Origin: a virus
Direction: 5' to 3' (one strand)
Length of the DNA: 64,000 nt
Virus record (IMG/VR): IMGVR_UViG_3300046692_000069
Coordinates: 6,358-70,357 of that record
This document shows positions 63,724 through 64,000 of the stretch, piece after piece. Made by a program: the position numbers and the translations under genes. The number at the start of each line of letters is the position of its first letter. Within the stretch, counting starts at the first letter, position 1. The notes under the pieces are model-generated. The model had not been told where the DNA came from, searched no databases, and saw nothing but the letters and a program-made list of their open reading frames with translations.

Positions 63724-64000
63724 ATGCTAGCGCCGGTCACAGAGGACGTTCAGCGCGCCACATTCAAGGAGATGATGGCTAGGTCGACTACAGCTAACCT
63801 TGGCGGTTTCGTCCTGTTTGGTTACGGTTTCGACTTCTATGCATATGACTCTGGAAACGGGCACGAACGCTACGGCTTCCTTCTCCGCTTCCTAGGCGAA
63901 AGGGAAATCGAGTTCGTTGCATCGCTGTGGGGATTCTCTTCTCCGCTATCGGCAAATGCTATTGCGGCGGGGTGGGCGCGTACTCACAGCGAGAAGGGCA
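63724..64000 (+). CDS. hypothetical protein (truncated by window end)
   Basis: AAGGAGG RBS; frame open to the end. Confidence 0.5.
   Translation, partial: MLAPVTEDVQRATFKEMMARSTTANLGGFVLFGYGFDFYAYDSGNGHERYGFLLRFLGEREIEFVASLWGFSSPLSANAIAAGWARTHSEKG

Noticed and set aside
1-64000. Lysogeny module, retron/DGR or reverse transcriptase
   Set aside because: No integrase, CI/Cro pair, ParAB or RT motifs recognised; such genes could lie outside the window.

Overview
Near-complete genome segment of a tailed dsDNA phage (HK97-fold siphovirus, probably cos-packaging). Almost all genes are on the + strand. The GTA-like tail module and gene content suggest an alphaproteobacterial (Rhizobiales-like) host; this is inference. 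Order: small accessory genes with an ECF-like sigma factor (1-3.6 kb); AT-rich iteron-like region (3.8-4.4 kb); early-gene cassettes with repeated promoters and a candidate sRNA (4.4-10.6 kb); packaging region with terS/terL; protease-capsid fusion; two glycosyltransferase genes; portal, collagen-like protein, head-tail and tail genes, tail spike (to 35 kb); lysis cassette; nucleotide-metabolism/counter-defence genes including an Acb2-like protein; recombination/replication module (Sak4-like ATPase, SSB, Cas4-like exonuclease, two more sigma factors, SF2 helicase, primase-helicase); two adenine methyltransferases, a RAMA-like protein and a second large structured ncRNA candidate. The top observation is a probable virion O-glycosylation system. 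Two GT genes (three predicted GT-A domains) sit directly after the capsid gene, and both the major capsid and tail tube proteins end in a hydrophobic-Gly-Ser C terminus. No integrase, DNA polymerase, tRNA, reverse transcriptase or CRISPR array was recognised. All family calls come from motif recognition by eye, with no database searches.
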